Positions 49,000 through 58,900 of a stretch of 64,000 nt of DNA are shown piece after piece; the first letter of the stretch is position 1; every line of letters begins with the position of its first letter. Under the pieces are notes generated by a model. It was not told the origin of the DNA. It was given only the letters and a program-made list of their open reading frames with translations, and made no database searches. Origin of the DNA: a virus. Its lineage: Duplodnaviria > Caudoviricetes. The position numbers were made by a program, and so were the translations under genes. Where the stretch lies: the IMG/VR virus record IMGVR_UViG_3300020352_000805, positions 2,616 to 66,615 of that record, one strand, 5' to 3'.

Positions 49000-49500
49000 A
49001 TGAAAAACTTAGAAGAATTTACAAGTCTTAACGAAAGTGGATATAACCCTGAAAAGGAAAGACCTAAAAATAGAGAAGAAGCTATCGCTATTTTGGTAAA
49101 GTATTTTAATAAAGATGAAAGGTCTTATAATAATTCACCTACTAATAAGCAAACGGAGAAAAAATGGACTTATAATAAATTAAAAAATTACATAGCTGAT
49201 TTACATAGTGGAAAAACATTCTATATAAAAGAAGAATTTACAGTAGATATAGGAGGTGGAATTGCTACATCAAATCCATTTTACGATGAATCTGGTAGAC
49301 AGTATTCAGAAAAATTATCTCCTAAAGCAATGAGAGCACTAAAAGGAACTGAATTAGGTAGAGCAATTCTTGCTTTTGAAGATATAGTAGATGAATATAT
49401 AAATTGGAAACAATCAGCTCCAGGTGGAGAAGAAGATGATTACTTAGATGTAAGAATAAAAGGATTAAAAGATTCAATCAAATATCTTAATAGTATTTAA
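49000..49500 (+). CDS. Moron-like gene with CTS-like N-terminus
   Basis: Starts MKNLEEFTSLNE; has its own promoter and terminator inside the structural cluster. Confidence 0.65.
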   Translation: MKNLEEFTSLNESGYNPEKERPKNREEAIAILVKYFNKDERSYNNSPTNKQTEKKWTYNKLKNYIADLHSGKTFYIKEEFTVDIGGGIATSNPFYDESGRQYSEKLSPKAMRALKGTELGRAILAFEDIVDEYINWKQSAPGGEEDDYLDVRIKGLKDSIKYLNSI

Positions 49501-49571
49501 GTAAAGCTATTTTTTACATTAATGACACTTTTTGTAAATTATAGTTTACAAAAACAACTAATTTTAATTTT

Positions 49572-49600
49572 AAAACCTACTACAATTAGTAGGTTTTTTT
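49572..49600 (+). terminator. Intrinsic terminator
   Basis: AAAACCTACTA-CAAT-TAGTAGGTTTT; the stem is identical to that at 55902. Confidence 0.85.
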
Positions 49601-49635
49601 CTTTGATTAAATAAATAAAACTAATATAAAATAAT

Positions 49636-51729
49636 ATGGCTACACCACTATTAAGACCTTTACGCACACAAGGTGGAACAATTTATGTTTTTAACAGTGC
49701 AGCAAATGATATTGCAAAAACTTTTAGTGATGATAATGTTAGATTTACATTTAGTAAATTTGCAGCTTTAGATTTACCTAAAGTTAATATTCCAAGTAGT
49801 AATTCTAACAATATAGTTTGGCAAGCATTAGGAAACAGAGCAAATACTACCGGAGCAACTGCTTGGAGTAGTAATACGGTTATTACCGATTTACTTGGTG
49901 TTAATCAACAACAAAATACATATATTGCAAATAGTTTTCAAAATTATGTTTTGAACTGGGAAAACATAGTTCTTAACAAACAAAATTCTCTTGGTAATTT
50001 ATACGATACAACTACTAATCAATCAGTAACAGAAAGAATATTTTGGAAATGGTTGGCTGATTTAGGTGCAATAAGATTTGATAATGCAACTTTGAATGTA
50101 GATTCAAATGTTGCTAATATGTTTGTAGAAGAAGGACAAAATACTACCGATTCTAGCAAAGATACTTATAATAGGGTAGTAAAATATTTAGGTGATATTG
50201 ATTTGATTAACAATGTCAATAGAGGTGGAGAAGCATATACACAAGTTTACTTACATATGCCATCAGAACACGGAAACACACCTACGGTTTTGTTTAATAC
50301 TCTTTCTGATGCTAATTACAATACTAATATACAATGGTCAGGTACAAATGGAGATGACATCGAAGGTAGAACTGCAGCCGCAGACCCGAGAATGTCAATC
50401 AATGCATATTTTGCCAATAGTACAAGTGATTATTATACAACAGAAAATACATTTGGTGCAACAGCAAATACGACTATAAAAGTTGCAACCGATTTAAGTT
50501 TTACTAATCAATTTAATGTAAAGGTATCCAATATGGATGGTGCAATCATTGATTGGGATAGTGCAAAATATACTAAAGTAACAAGTAATGCAAGTGTAAA
50601 TTCTATTGCAGAATTAAATGCAACAGCAGAAGCTGAAAATTTTGCTTTCAATACCGTATTACTTTATTATGATATTTTTAATGAATCGGATGGTTCTCTT
50701 GTAAAAAGAAACCTTTATGGTGTTTTGTTTATTGATGATTTCGAAGAAACTATAAGTGCAGGTTCAGAATTAAAATCGTTTTCTAAATTTAAACCTAATC
50801 CAATAACTAAATTAAACGGAAATGCATATTCATTAAAAACAAATATAAAATTTGATACTAGTGCTGATAATGTAGGTGTAGAAAGAAGTATAAATGAATA
50901 TTCAACATTTTCTATGGATTTGTTTTCGGACGCAATGGTTCAATTACAAGATGCAACAGAAAATTTTGTTACTCAACAACTTTCAATATTAGATATAACT
51001 ACTAAAGTAGATAATTTAGAAAAGTTTTATTTCAATCAAGCAACTATTGATGAATTGAATGCTAAAATTACTGCACTACAAACCTCTGTACAAAATTCAT
51101 TAATTGCATTAGAAAGTCCTACTACTATAATTGAATTAATTAGAAATAATAGTACAAGGTTAAACAAATTGGCAGCTGGGGAATTAACAAGTGATTTATC
51201 TTATGATTTAAGTCCTTTCGTACAAGGACCTGGATTGAAATTAGATAAATCCGTTCCTGATAAAGTAATACTTAGTAACGTAGTTCAAAAATATAACTAT
51301 TTCCCTGTATGTTATAATGTTTCAAAAAATTTGAATTATACATCCGGAAATGGGATAACAGATACAACTTCAGTTTCTTATAGTACAAAAAACAATATAA
51401 TTAATTTAGGTCAATTTACGAATTACTTTAAGAATGATTCGACTGAAAGTTTAAATATAGACAATGATGTTATTATAAATATAGATGATACGGTTGAAAA
51501 ATTTCAAACCGGTCAAGTTTATAGAATTGTTTTTGATAAAGGTTTCTCATTAGCAAGCACTAGAAATCTGTACATATATACAGATGCCGAAAATAAAAGA
51601 AACTTAGGTTCATACAAATGGTTAATGACTAAATTAAGTAATGTTGATTTATCAGGAACTAGACCTATAATTGAAATAATTTGTACAAATGCCAATACGT
51701 ATTCATTTACAATTGACATTTTAAGATAA
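49636..51729 (+). CDS. Virion structural protein (baseplate/tail region)
   Basis: 697 aa, N/T/S-rich, central coiled coil; position. Confidence 0.55.
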   Translation: MATPLLRPLRTQGGTIYVFNSAANDIAKTFSDDNVRFTFSKFAALDLPKVNIPSSNSNNIVWQALGNRANTTGATAWSSNTVITDLLGVNQQQNTYIANSFQNYVLNWENIVLNKQNSLGNLYDTTTNQSVTERIFWKWLADLGAIRFDNATLNVDSNVANMFVEEGQNTTDSSKDTYNRVVKYLGDIDLINNVNRGGEAYTQVYLHMPSEHGNTPTVLFNTLSDANYNTNIQWSGTNGDDIEGRTAAADPRMSINAYFANSTSDYYTTENTFGATANTTIKVATDLSFTNQFNVKVSNMDGAIIDWDSAKYTKVTSNASVNSIAELNATAEAENFAFNTVLLYYDIFNESDGSLVKRNLYGVLFIDDFEETISAGSELKSFSKFKPNPITKLNGNAYSLKTNIKFDTSADNVGVERSINEYSTFSMDLFSDAMVQLQDATENFVTQQLSILDITTKVDNLEKFYFNQATIDELNAKITALQTSVQNSLIALESPTTIIELIRNNSTRLNKLAAGELTSDLSYDLSPFVQGPGLKLDKSVPDKVILSNVVQKYNYFPVCYNVSKNLNYTSGNGITDTTSVSYSTKNNIINLGQFTNYFKNDSTESLNIDNDVIINIDDTVEKFQTGQVYRIVFDKGFSLASTRNLYIYTDAENKRNLGSYKWLMTKLSNVDLSGTRPIIEIICTNANTYSFTIDILR

Positions 51730-51762
51730 TATTAAATACATAAAGAAAATACAATAAGCGAT

Positions 51763-54700
51763 ATGTCAGACGTAAAGAATAGTTTAAGTTCAATTGTGGA
51801 CAATCTTATAAAACTACAAAGAAACAACACCGAAATTTTAACAAAACTTTCTGCGGTTGTTAATAGTGATGCAGATGTAGTAACATTAACTTTAGAAGAT
51901 ATTGCAAATGACAATATCAAAACAGTAACTATTCCAAGTTTCGGTGCCTTAAAAAAAGATATCGAAAGACTTGATGAAAACATAACGCAAATATCAGCAT
52001 TGAATAATAAAGATGCTAGTGTTCAATTACCGGACGGAACTTTTAGAACTATTGTAAAATCTACACTAAAGAAAAGTGCTGATGATATAGTAAAAGTTCA
52101 AACACCTACTGGTTTTAAATCTAAAAGTAATTGGTTCTTTGAATCTTTCTTGAATCCTTTATTGTATGTTGGATTAAATTTTCCAACCCAGTTAGACCCT
52201 GATACAACAAAGGTTAAAATGCAAAAGTTTATTTTGAATCTAGATACCGAAGCAAAATTAAATATTTTCAATTTGCAAATCAAGAATAATCCTGATTTGT
52301 CTTATGCAGACTTTTTAGACCTTATCAATACAAATGGTATTTTATATACAATTGATGATGATGTTTTAGACTTACCACCCGTAGAACCTAGATTTTACGG
52401 AAACTTTTCTGTATTAAGAGTATTTGAATCAACAGAAAATATAGTAGTTGATGGTGTTGATACTACCAAGAAAACGCAAAAGTTTCAATTAGATAAAATA
52501 ACCTACAATGATAAAAATTCTAGTACTTTAGAAACTCAACAATTAAAAGTTGGTGATTCTTTACTAGTTAATAAAAATGATAAAAGTACAAGATATAAAG
52601 TTACGGGAATAGATTTCGAAACATTTACGATTTCTGTTATTCTTGCAGAAGGTTATGATTCAGTTAATATAGGGGCTGATAATTTATCTTTTTATCCTGT
52701 TGAAGCAATATCACCAGAAATTAGAGTTGGAATTGGATTCAACGAATACCTTTCTGTATTTTTAAAACCTATAAATCCGGATTCAAATAGACCAGCTGAT
52801 AACTATTCTCCTGGAATTAGTTTTTATTCTAATGAATTGACAATAAAAGACACGGATAGTGTAGTTAAAACATTAGATACTTACTATCAAGAAAAAGTAG
52901 TAGATTTTGGTGCCGTTTTATTTTCTATGACACAAGAAAATATTCCACCAGTTTCAAAAGCAATCGTTCCAAATGTTCCACAAGCAGTAGTAAACGATTT
53001 TAAAGTTGTTCAAATTAACAAACATGCAACTGACGGACAATCTAACGAAGATATTAAATCACTTAATAAAGAAAAGTTATCATTAAAAAGTGAACTAGGA
53101 GATTTAGACAAAGCAATTTCTACGAAAAGACAACAAATTTCTACTAAGAATTATAAGTCAGACATTGAAAGAGATTCGGATAACAACCAACTACAAACTT
53201 TAATAGAAAAAAGAGCTGCAACCGAATCACTTTATAATTCAGTAGTTTCTGATATTCTAACAAAAGCAGAAGATAAAACAACTTCAACTGCCAATGCAAA
53301 ATATAGAGTTAGAGGTTTTTGGCCTTTACCTGAAAATAGAATTGCAACCGATGGTTCGGAACAAAGTGTAATTCAATTTAAGATTCAATATAGATATCTT
53401 ACAAAAGGAGGTGCTGCAAATAATTTACAAGAATTTGACTTTTCGGATGCAGATGGAAATACTCAAAAGGGAGTTTATTCTAATTGGGTTTCTATGAAAT
53501 CGCCTTTAAGAGAAAGATATTTCGATGCTGATACCGGTAGGTATTATTGGAAAGAACAAGATACTGAAAACGGAGAACAAGTTAATATAAATCAACTTGA
53601 TATTCCAATTAGACCAAATGAAACAGTAGAAATAAAAATAAAATCACTTTCGGAAGCTGGTTATCCAGCAAATCCTATTGAATCTGAATTTTGTAATATT
53701 ATATCTATTGAATTTCCAGACGATTTGGGTATTTCTAAAGATATTTTATCAATTATTGATGAAACTAACAACGAAAAAGTAAAAGTTAGGTTAAATGAAG
53801 ATTTAACTGAAAGAGGAGTTTATACTCATATCAATGACCAATTTGTTCAAAATAGTATAACTTGGAAACACCAATCGGCAAATATTGCTTCTGGTTTTCT
53901 TTCCGAAGAAAGAAATGTAATTAGTTTATTAGATTACTTGAAAAGTTTAGAAGATAAAATTTCATCTTTAGAAGCACAAATAAATAAGACCGTTGGTATT
54001 TTACTTATTAAAGTAGAGGATGAAAGTGGTAATCAAAAAATTGTTCAAAATAATACAACAGTTCCGATTTTTGCCGGAAACTATAAAGATGAAGTTTCTT
54101 CTTTGGATGAACCTAAAGGAACTATAATAACTAAAAACTATTTTATTAGAATAGAAAATGATGCTGCAACACCTATTCAATTATCGGCTGCTTTAAAAAG
54201 TAATGTTTCATCATTGGCTTTTGATAATGATGGGAGTAAATTTGAACAAGCTTCAACTCAATATAGTACTTTACCATCTTTGGGATTAAGTAATCCAGCA
54301 AATGAAGATATTACTAATCCCAATCATACTGCTTATAATTTACCTTATCAGAGTGCACAAGTAAAAGGTCAATTTATATATTCAAGGGGTAGTGATATTA
54401 CTACTACCAAAGACCTTTTTGAAGCACCTAATACTATTTTAGGTAATATGCATAGATTTGAAAATAATATTTCGACAACAACTATTAATAACTATAAAGT
54501 AAATAGTAATTTCTTTATTTGGGATGGTGTTCAAACAACATCGGGCGTTGTTAATGGTCACGAAGCAAGTACTGTAACCTTTGACCCTAATCAAGTATAT
54601 GTACATTGTCAACATCCGGATTTATTCAATACAAATACAATAGTAAATGATGAATGGATAGATAAAAACACTTCTATTTCAAGAGCTAGCAATCTAAATG

Positions 54701-55218
54701 TTTTTGCCAACCCAACAGATTTTTATAAACAAACTGCCTTTGGTCAAGGTTCGATAGGTGCTATTACAGATACTACAAATAAAATATCTTTTCAAGAAAA
54801 TGATAAATATTTATTAGGTGAACGTTCTTGTGGTTGTTATTTATACCTAAGTCCTTTAGGATACGAAAATATTAGAGTTGAAGGAAACGATAAGATAAGT
54901 AAAAAAGAATTATCACTTGGGAGTTCAAATGCAATTGTTTTACAAGTTGTATATCAATATAGAATGACAGATTATTTTGGTGCTGGTAAATTAGGTATAG
55001 GTAAAATATCAGGAAAAGATGGTATTACTCAATTAGAATATAGAAAAATTTTAGGATTAGATTTATATTATGATGAAAGTAAATTTTCTTTTGATATCGA
55101 AATAACATCAAGATACAAATCTAATTCTATTAGTGCATCAGATGTTCCGAGTTCGACATTTCAAAATACTATAAATCAAACTACAAATAACGTAAATCAA
55201 ATTACACCTAACATATAG
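51763..55218 (+). CDS. Large virion structural protein with coiled coils and FN3/Ig-like segments
   Basis: 1151 aa; heptad regions; ETVEIKIKSLSEAGYP FN3-like strand. Confidence 0.5.
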   Translation: MSDVKNSLSSIVDNLIKLQRNNTEILTKLSAVVNSDADVVTLTLEDIANDNIKTVTIPSFGALKKDIERLDENITQISALNNKDASVQLPDGTFRTIVKSTLKKSADDIVKVQTPTGFKSKSNWFFESFLNPLLYVGLNFPTQLDPDTTKVKMQKFILNLDTEAKLNIFNLQIKNNPDLSYADFLDLINTNGILYTIDDDVLDLPPVEPRFYGNFSVLRVFESTENIVVDGVDTTKKTQKFQLDKITYNDKNSSTLETQQLKVGDSLLVNKNDKSTRYKVTGIDFETFTISVILAEGYDSVNIGADNLSFYPVEAISPEIRVGIGFNEYLSVFLKPINPDSNRPADNYSPGISFYSNELTIKDTDSVVKTLDTYYQEKVVDFGAVLFSMTQENIPPVSKAIVPNVPQAVVNDFKVVQINKHATDGQSNEDIKSLNKEKLSLKSELGDLDKAISTKRQQISTKNYKSDIERDSDNNQLQTLIEKRAATESLYNSVVSDILTKAEDKTTSTANAKYRVRGFWPLPENRIATDGSEQSVIQFKIQYRYLTKGGAANNLQEFDFSDADGNTQKGVYSNWVSMKSPLRERYFDADTGRYYWKEQDTENGEQVNINQLDIPIRPNETVEIKIKSLSEAGYPANPIESEFCNIISIEFPDDLGISKDILSIIDETNNEKVKVRLNEDLTERGVYTHINDQFVQNSITWKHQSANIASGFLSEERNVISLLDYLKSLEDKISSLEAQINKTVGILLIKVEDESGNQKIVQNNTTVPIFAGNYKDEVSSLDEPKGTIITKNYFIRIENDAATPIQLSAALKSNVSSLAFDNDGSKFEQASTQYSTLPSLGLSNPANEDITNPNHTAYNLPYQSAQVKGQFIYSRGSDITTTKDLFEAPNTILGNMHRFENNISTTTINNYKVNSNFFIWDGVQTTSGVVNGHEASTVTFDPNQVYVHCQHPDLFNTNTIVNDEWIDKNTSISRASNLNVFANPTDFYKQTAFGQGSIGAITDTTNKISFQENDKYLLGERSCGCYLYLSPLGYENIRVEGNDKISKKELSLGSSNAIVLQVVYQYRMTDYFGAGKLGIGKISGKDGITQLEYRKILGLDLYYDESKFSFDIEITSRYKSNSISASDVPSSTFQNTINQTTNNVNQITPNI

Positions 55219-55300
55219 GTAGTAACTAATATACGAAAATAAATTAAAATAAACAACTTTATTTTTTACTTTAATATACATATATTAACTCAATTTATTA

Positions 55301-55897
55301 ATGAAAAAAACTGTAACTAATCACGGCAACTTTATATTGAGTGCTGAACTAGTATCAAAAAAAGATTGCAAAGATATAATTAAATTTATAGATACGTACG
55401 AAAAGGAACATAGTACAATAAGAAATTATTCGGAAAAAAATAGAAATACAAAATCTAAAGAAATAATACTTTCAAGGGTAATGAATTTACCTAAAGCAAA
55501 GGAAATTGATGATATCATATTTAAAAGAGTAGGTGAAGCCATAAAGAAATTTATAGTACAAAATGTTCCTAATTTCGAAGATTTAACTAATAACCTAGCT
55601 GATACTGGTTATCAATTAAGAAAAATAGTTGGACCTACTTTAGAACATCAAGATGGAATAGAGGTAGATGTTTTTAAACATAGTTATCAATATAGAGTAG
55701 GAACAATTATAATTTCACTTAAAGATACTGGTGATGAAATAGTATTTCCACATCTAGACGTAACCGTTCCTTTGAAACAAGGGACTATTCTTTTCTTTCC
55801 ACCTTATTGGACCCACGTACATTATAGTAATTGGGCTGAACAGGAAGGATATAGGATTCAAACTTGGCTTACAAATAAAAAATCTTTACGAAAATGA
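55301..55897 (+). CDS. 2OG-Fe(II) oxygenase (prolyl-4-hydroxylase-like)
   Basis: EHQD (HxD) ... GTIIISL ... GTILFFPPYWTHVH ... YRIQTW. Confidence 0.8.
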   Translation: MKKTVTNHGNFILSAELVSKKDCKDIIKFIDTYEKEHSTIRNYSEKNRNTKSKEIILSRVMNLPKAKEIDDIIFKRVGEAIKKFIVQNVPNFEDLTNNLADTGYQLRKIVGPTLEHQDGIEVDVFKHSYQYRVGTIIISLKDTGDEIVFPHLDVTVPLKQGTILFFPPYWTHVHYSNWAEQEGYRIQTWLTNKKSLRK

Positions 55898-55901
55898 TTA
55901 C

Positions 55902-55928
55902 AAAACCTACTATTTTAGTAGGTTTTTT
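55902..55928 (+). terminator. Intrinsic terminator
   Basis: AAAACCTACTA-TTT-TAGTAGGTTTT followed by Ts. Confidence 0.85.
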
Positions 55929-55961
55929 GTTTGATTAAATATTGAAAATAGTTATATCGGA

Positions 55962-58900
55962 ATGGCGAAGGTATTTACAAACAAAACATCATATTCTTTA
56001 TTAAAAACTAATCCTAAACTTACAGGAAATATCAAAATGGTAGTTGATAGTAAAGGAGATATTTTTATTGAAACTATTGATGCTAGTCCAGAACTTACAA
56101 GAAACAAATACAAAAAGGTTAAATTAGACTTAGAAAATAGTTGGTCTAGTTCAATTTATAATTTTTTCAATAAAGGTTCTATACCTAAAACACTTTTATA
56201 TGCATTAAAAGATGTTGAAGATTTCTATTCTATAAAAACAGATTTTAGTAAACAATACTATACTGATTATCAACAAGGAATAAAACCAAAGATTTCTAAA
56301 TTATATGATGAACAAATTTCTTATTTTGCACCGATATGGTTAGAACCGAATGACATTCCTGAACATTTTGCAATTTTCAAGATACCCGAACCAGTTTCAG
56401 TTTCTACGAAAAACGAAGAAAATTCTTTCAATGCTGATATTGAAAAACAAATTTACGATGCTAACTATTTTGATACTTTTTCAGGAGCAACTGCTAGTGA
56501 TTATTTTTTCAATACTGTACTTTCTAAGGCAAAATTACATAAAGTTTTTGACTTAGGAGCTGATTCTACACTAGGTAAGTATTTAAGAAATCATATAAAT
56601 GATGTAGAAATGCCAGAAAGTTCTTTGACTATTGATTGGAATATAAATTCTAATAGTACAGTCAACGGTATTTCATTAGAAAAAAGTGGGTTTACAAAAG
56701 AAGCAATGGATATGTTTAGTGAAGCATTTCCGGTAGATAGAACAGTAACTGAATTTGATAATTATATTACAAATCAATTTCAAAATAAAGGAGTTGTACA
56801 CCCTAATATCATAAATTTAGAATTTTTATTTGATGATGAAGAAGATGCTGATTTTACGGTCAATAGATATTTCGGAATATATTTCAATAAAAATGATATA
56901 TCTAAGTTCAATTTAGATAGTAAAGCATTTTATGATAAAAAATACGATAATATAAAACAAAACAAGGATATTGAATCTGTTTCTTCCGTAGATGTTCTTT
57001 CCGATTCTAATATTGTATTAGAAAATAAAGATGGAATAAAATTATTTGTAGATTACGGAACAGAATATAATGTACCTAGTTCTGATATAAAAGGAAGTAA
57101 CTTTTTACCTTATGTTTATTCAACAGATAGAAAATTTTACGATTTAGAAAATAATTTAGATTGGCAAAGTAATGAATTAATTCTAAAAGATACTATTATA
57201 AACACAAGAGATTTCAAAGGGTTTACAAAAGATAGTGTAGGTATAATTCCTTCGACCAAAACAAATAAGTCAGGTAGGTCTTATTTCGAATTTAAAATTA
57301 CAGGAACTACAAATTCATTTGAATTAAGAATAAAAGATGTAGATGAATATAAAACTGATTTTAATCTCAATCAAGTTTTTGTAGGAAATACGGGACTTAC
57401 AAGAGGAACTTTTGATGGAAACCAATTTTCTTTACAAGGAACACCGGATGAAGTTGCAAATGCAATAGTTTCTGCAATAAATTCATATTCGCAAATAGAT
57501 GAAGACTTCAATATTAATGCAATTGCTAAATTTGATAAAGTTGTTGTATTTACCAGAGGTATTAATGAATATTGGAACAAATACAAATACTTAATTTATA
57601 GTGATGATATTAATTTTCCTAATACAATTGATGTTCCTTATAAAACTTTTGATAATCTTGTAGATTTCAATACAAAAAGAGGAACAGGGTTTTCATTTTT
57701 AGATTATAATTCAGTTGTTGCTGGTGCAACATCTATGTTTATTAGTTCAGATTTTAGTATATTAGAAAGTAATTTAACGAATGGAAATAATGAAAGTAAA
57801 AATAAGATAAGAATTCCTATTGAATTTACTAGTTATTTTAATACATCTTTATTTCTAAAAACACAAACTTGGTATTCTAAAATTGTTTCGATTGATGCAT
57901 ATTTAGATGAACCCGTTTATGAAAATGGTAGAATCGTAGATTTTACAAATTTCGATAGTTATAAAACTATAAATTGTACAGGAGATGTTTGGGTATCACC
58001 GGGTGCTTATTCTGAATTATATGAAATAGAAACTAACAAAGTTGGATTGATGTCTATGTATCCAATTAAACAATTTGATTATGACCAATTTAGAAGTGAA
58101 TACGGAAAGGATGGTGATGGTTATATTGAAAAATTAGATAAACAATATTGGCAAAAAGGTGGAACAAGTACGAATACTTCAGGAAATCCAATCTATCCAG
58201 ATGCAAATAATATTCAATTTTCAATAAAAAATTTTAGAGACACAGGATTTAAAAGACTAACAGGAAAAATAGATGAAGTAACTGGTGACATTCCGACTAT
58301 TACTAATGAATATGATAGACTTTCGGAAAATGGGTTACCGGAATTATCCATAAAGGGTAGAATTATACCTTATATCAATAAGTGGGTTTATGATGACGAT
58401 GGGAAAGATGTTAGAGAAAATAATTATAGAATGACTAGTAATAGTGCATTTAGTTATGATAATTTTTCTCCTTCATCCAAAAATGTTTTACCTGATTTTA
58501 GATTCTTTACACACGAATGGTACTATCTACAAAAATATCCATATTACTTAACTACAAAAGAAAAAATTGAATCATTTTCATATTTTGAAAATGCAATAGA
58601 AAAGGGTAGTTATGCAATAGGTGCTACAAATAATTTAGGAGTAAAAGATATAACAGAAGATAAATTTTTAGAATACTTTACGGAATATAAAGTAGGAAAT
58701 TACTATTTTCCAGCAAAAAGAAAATATTCTATAATAAGTGGAGGTAACGAAGATTCTTTTGGGGAAACTTTTTTTAGAGGAACTAAAATAAAATTCAAAA
58801 GAAGGGTTGAAAGTGATACACCACTAAATTCTAATATAGAAAACATAGGAGTTTTTAAAAGTGATGAATTCAACGGATATAAATTTAGTGCTATCTTAAC

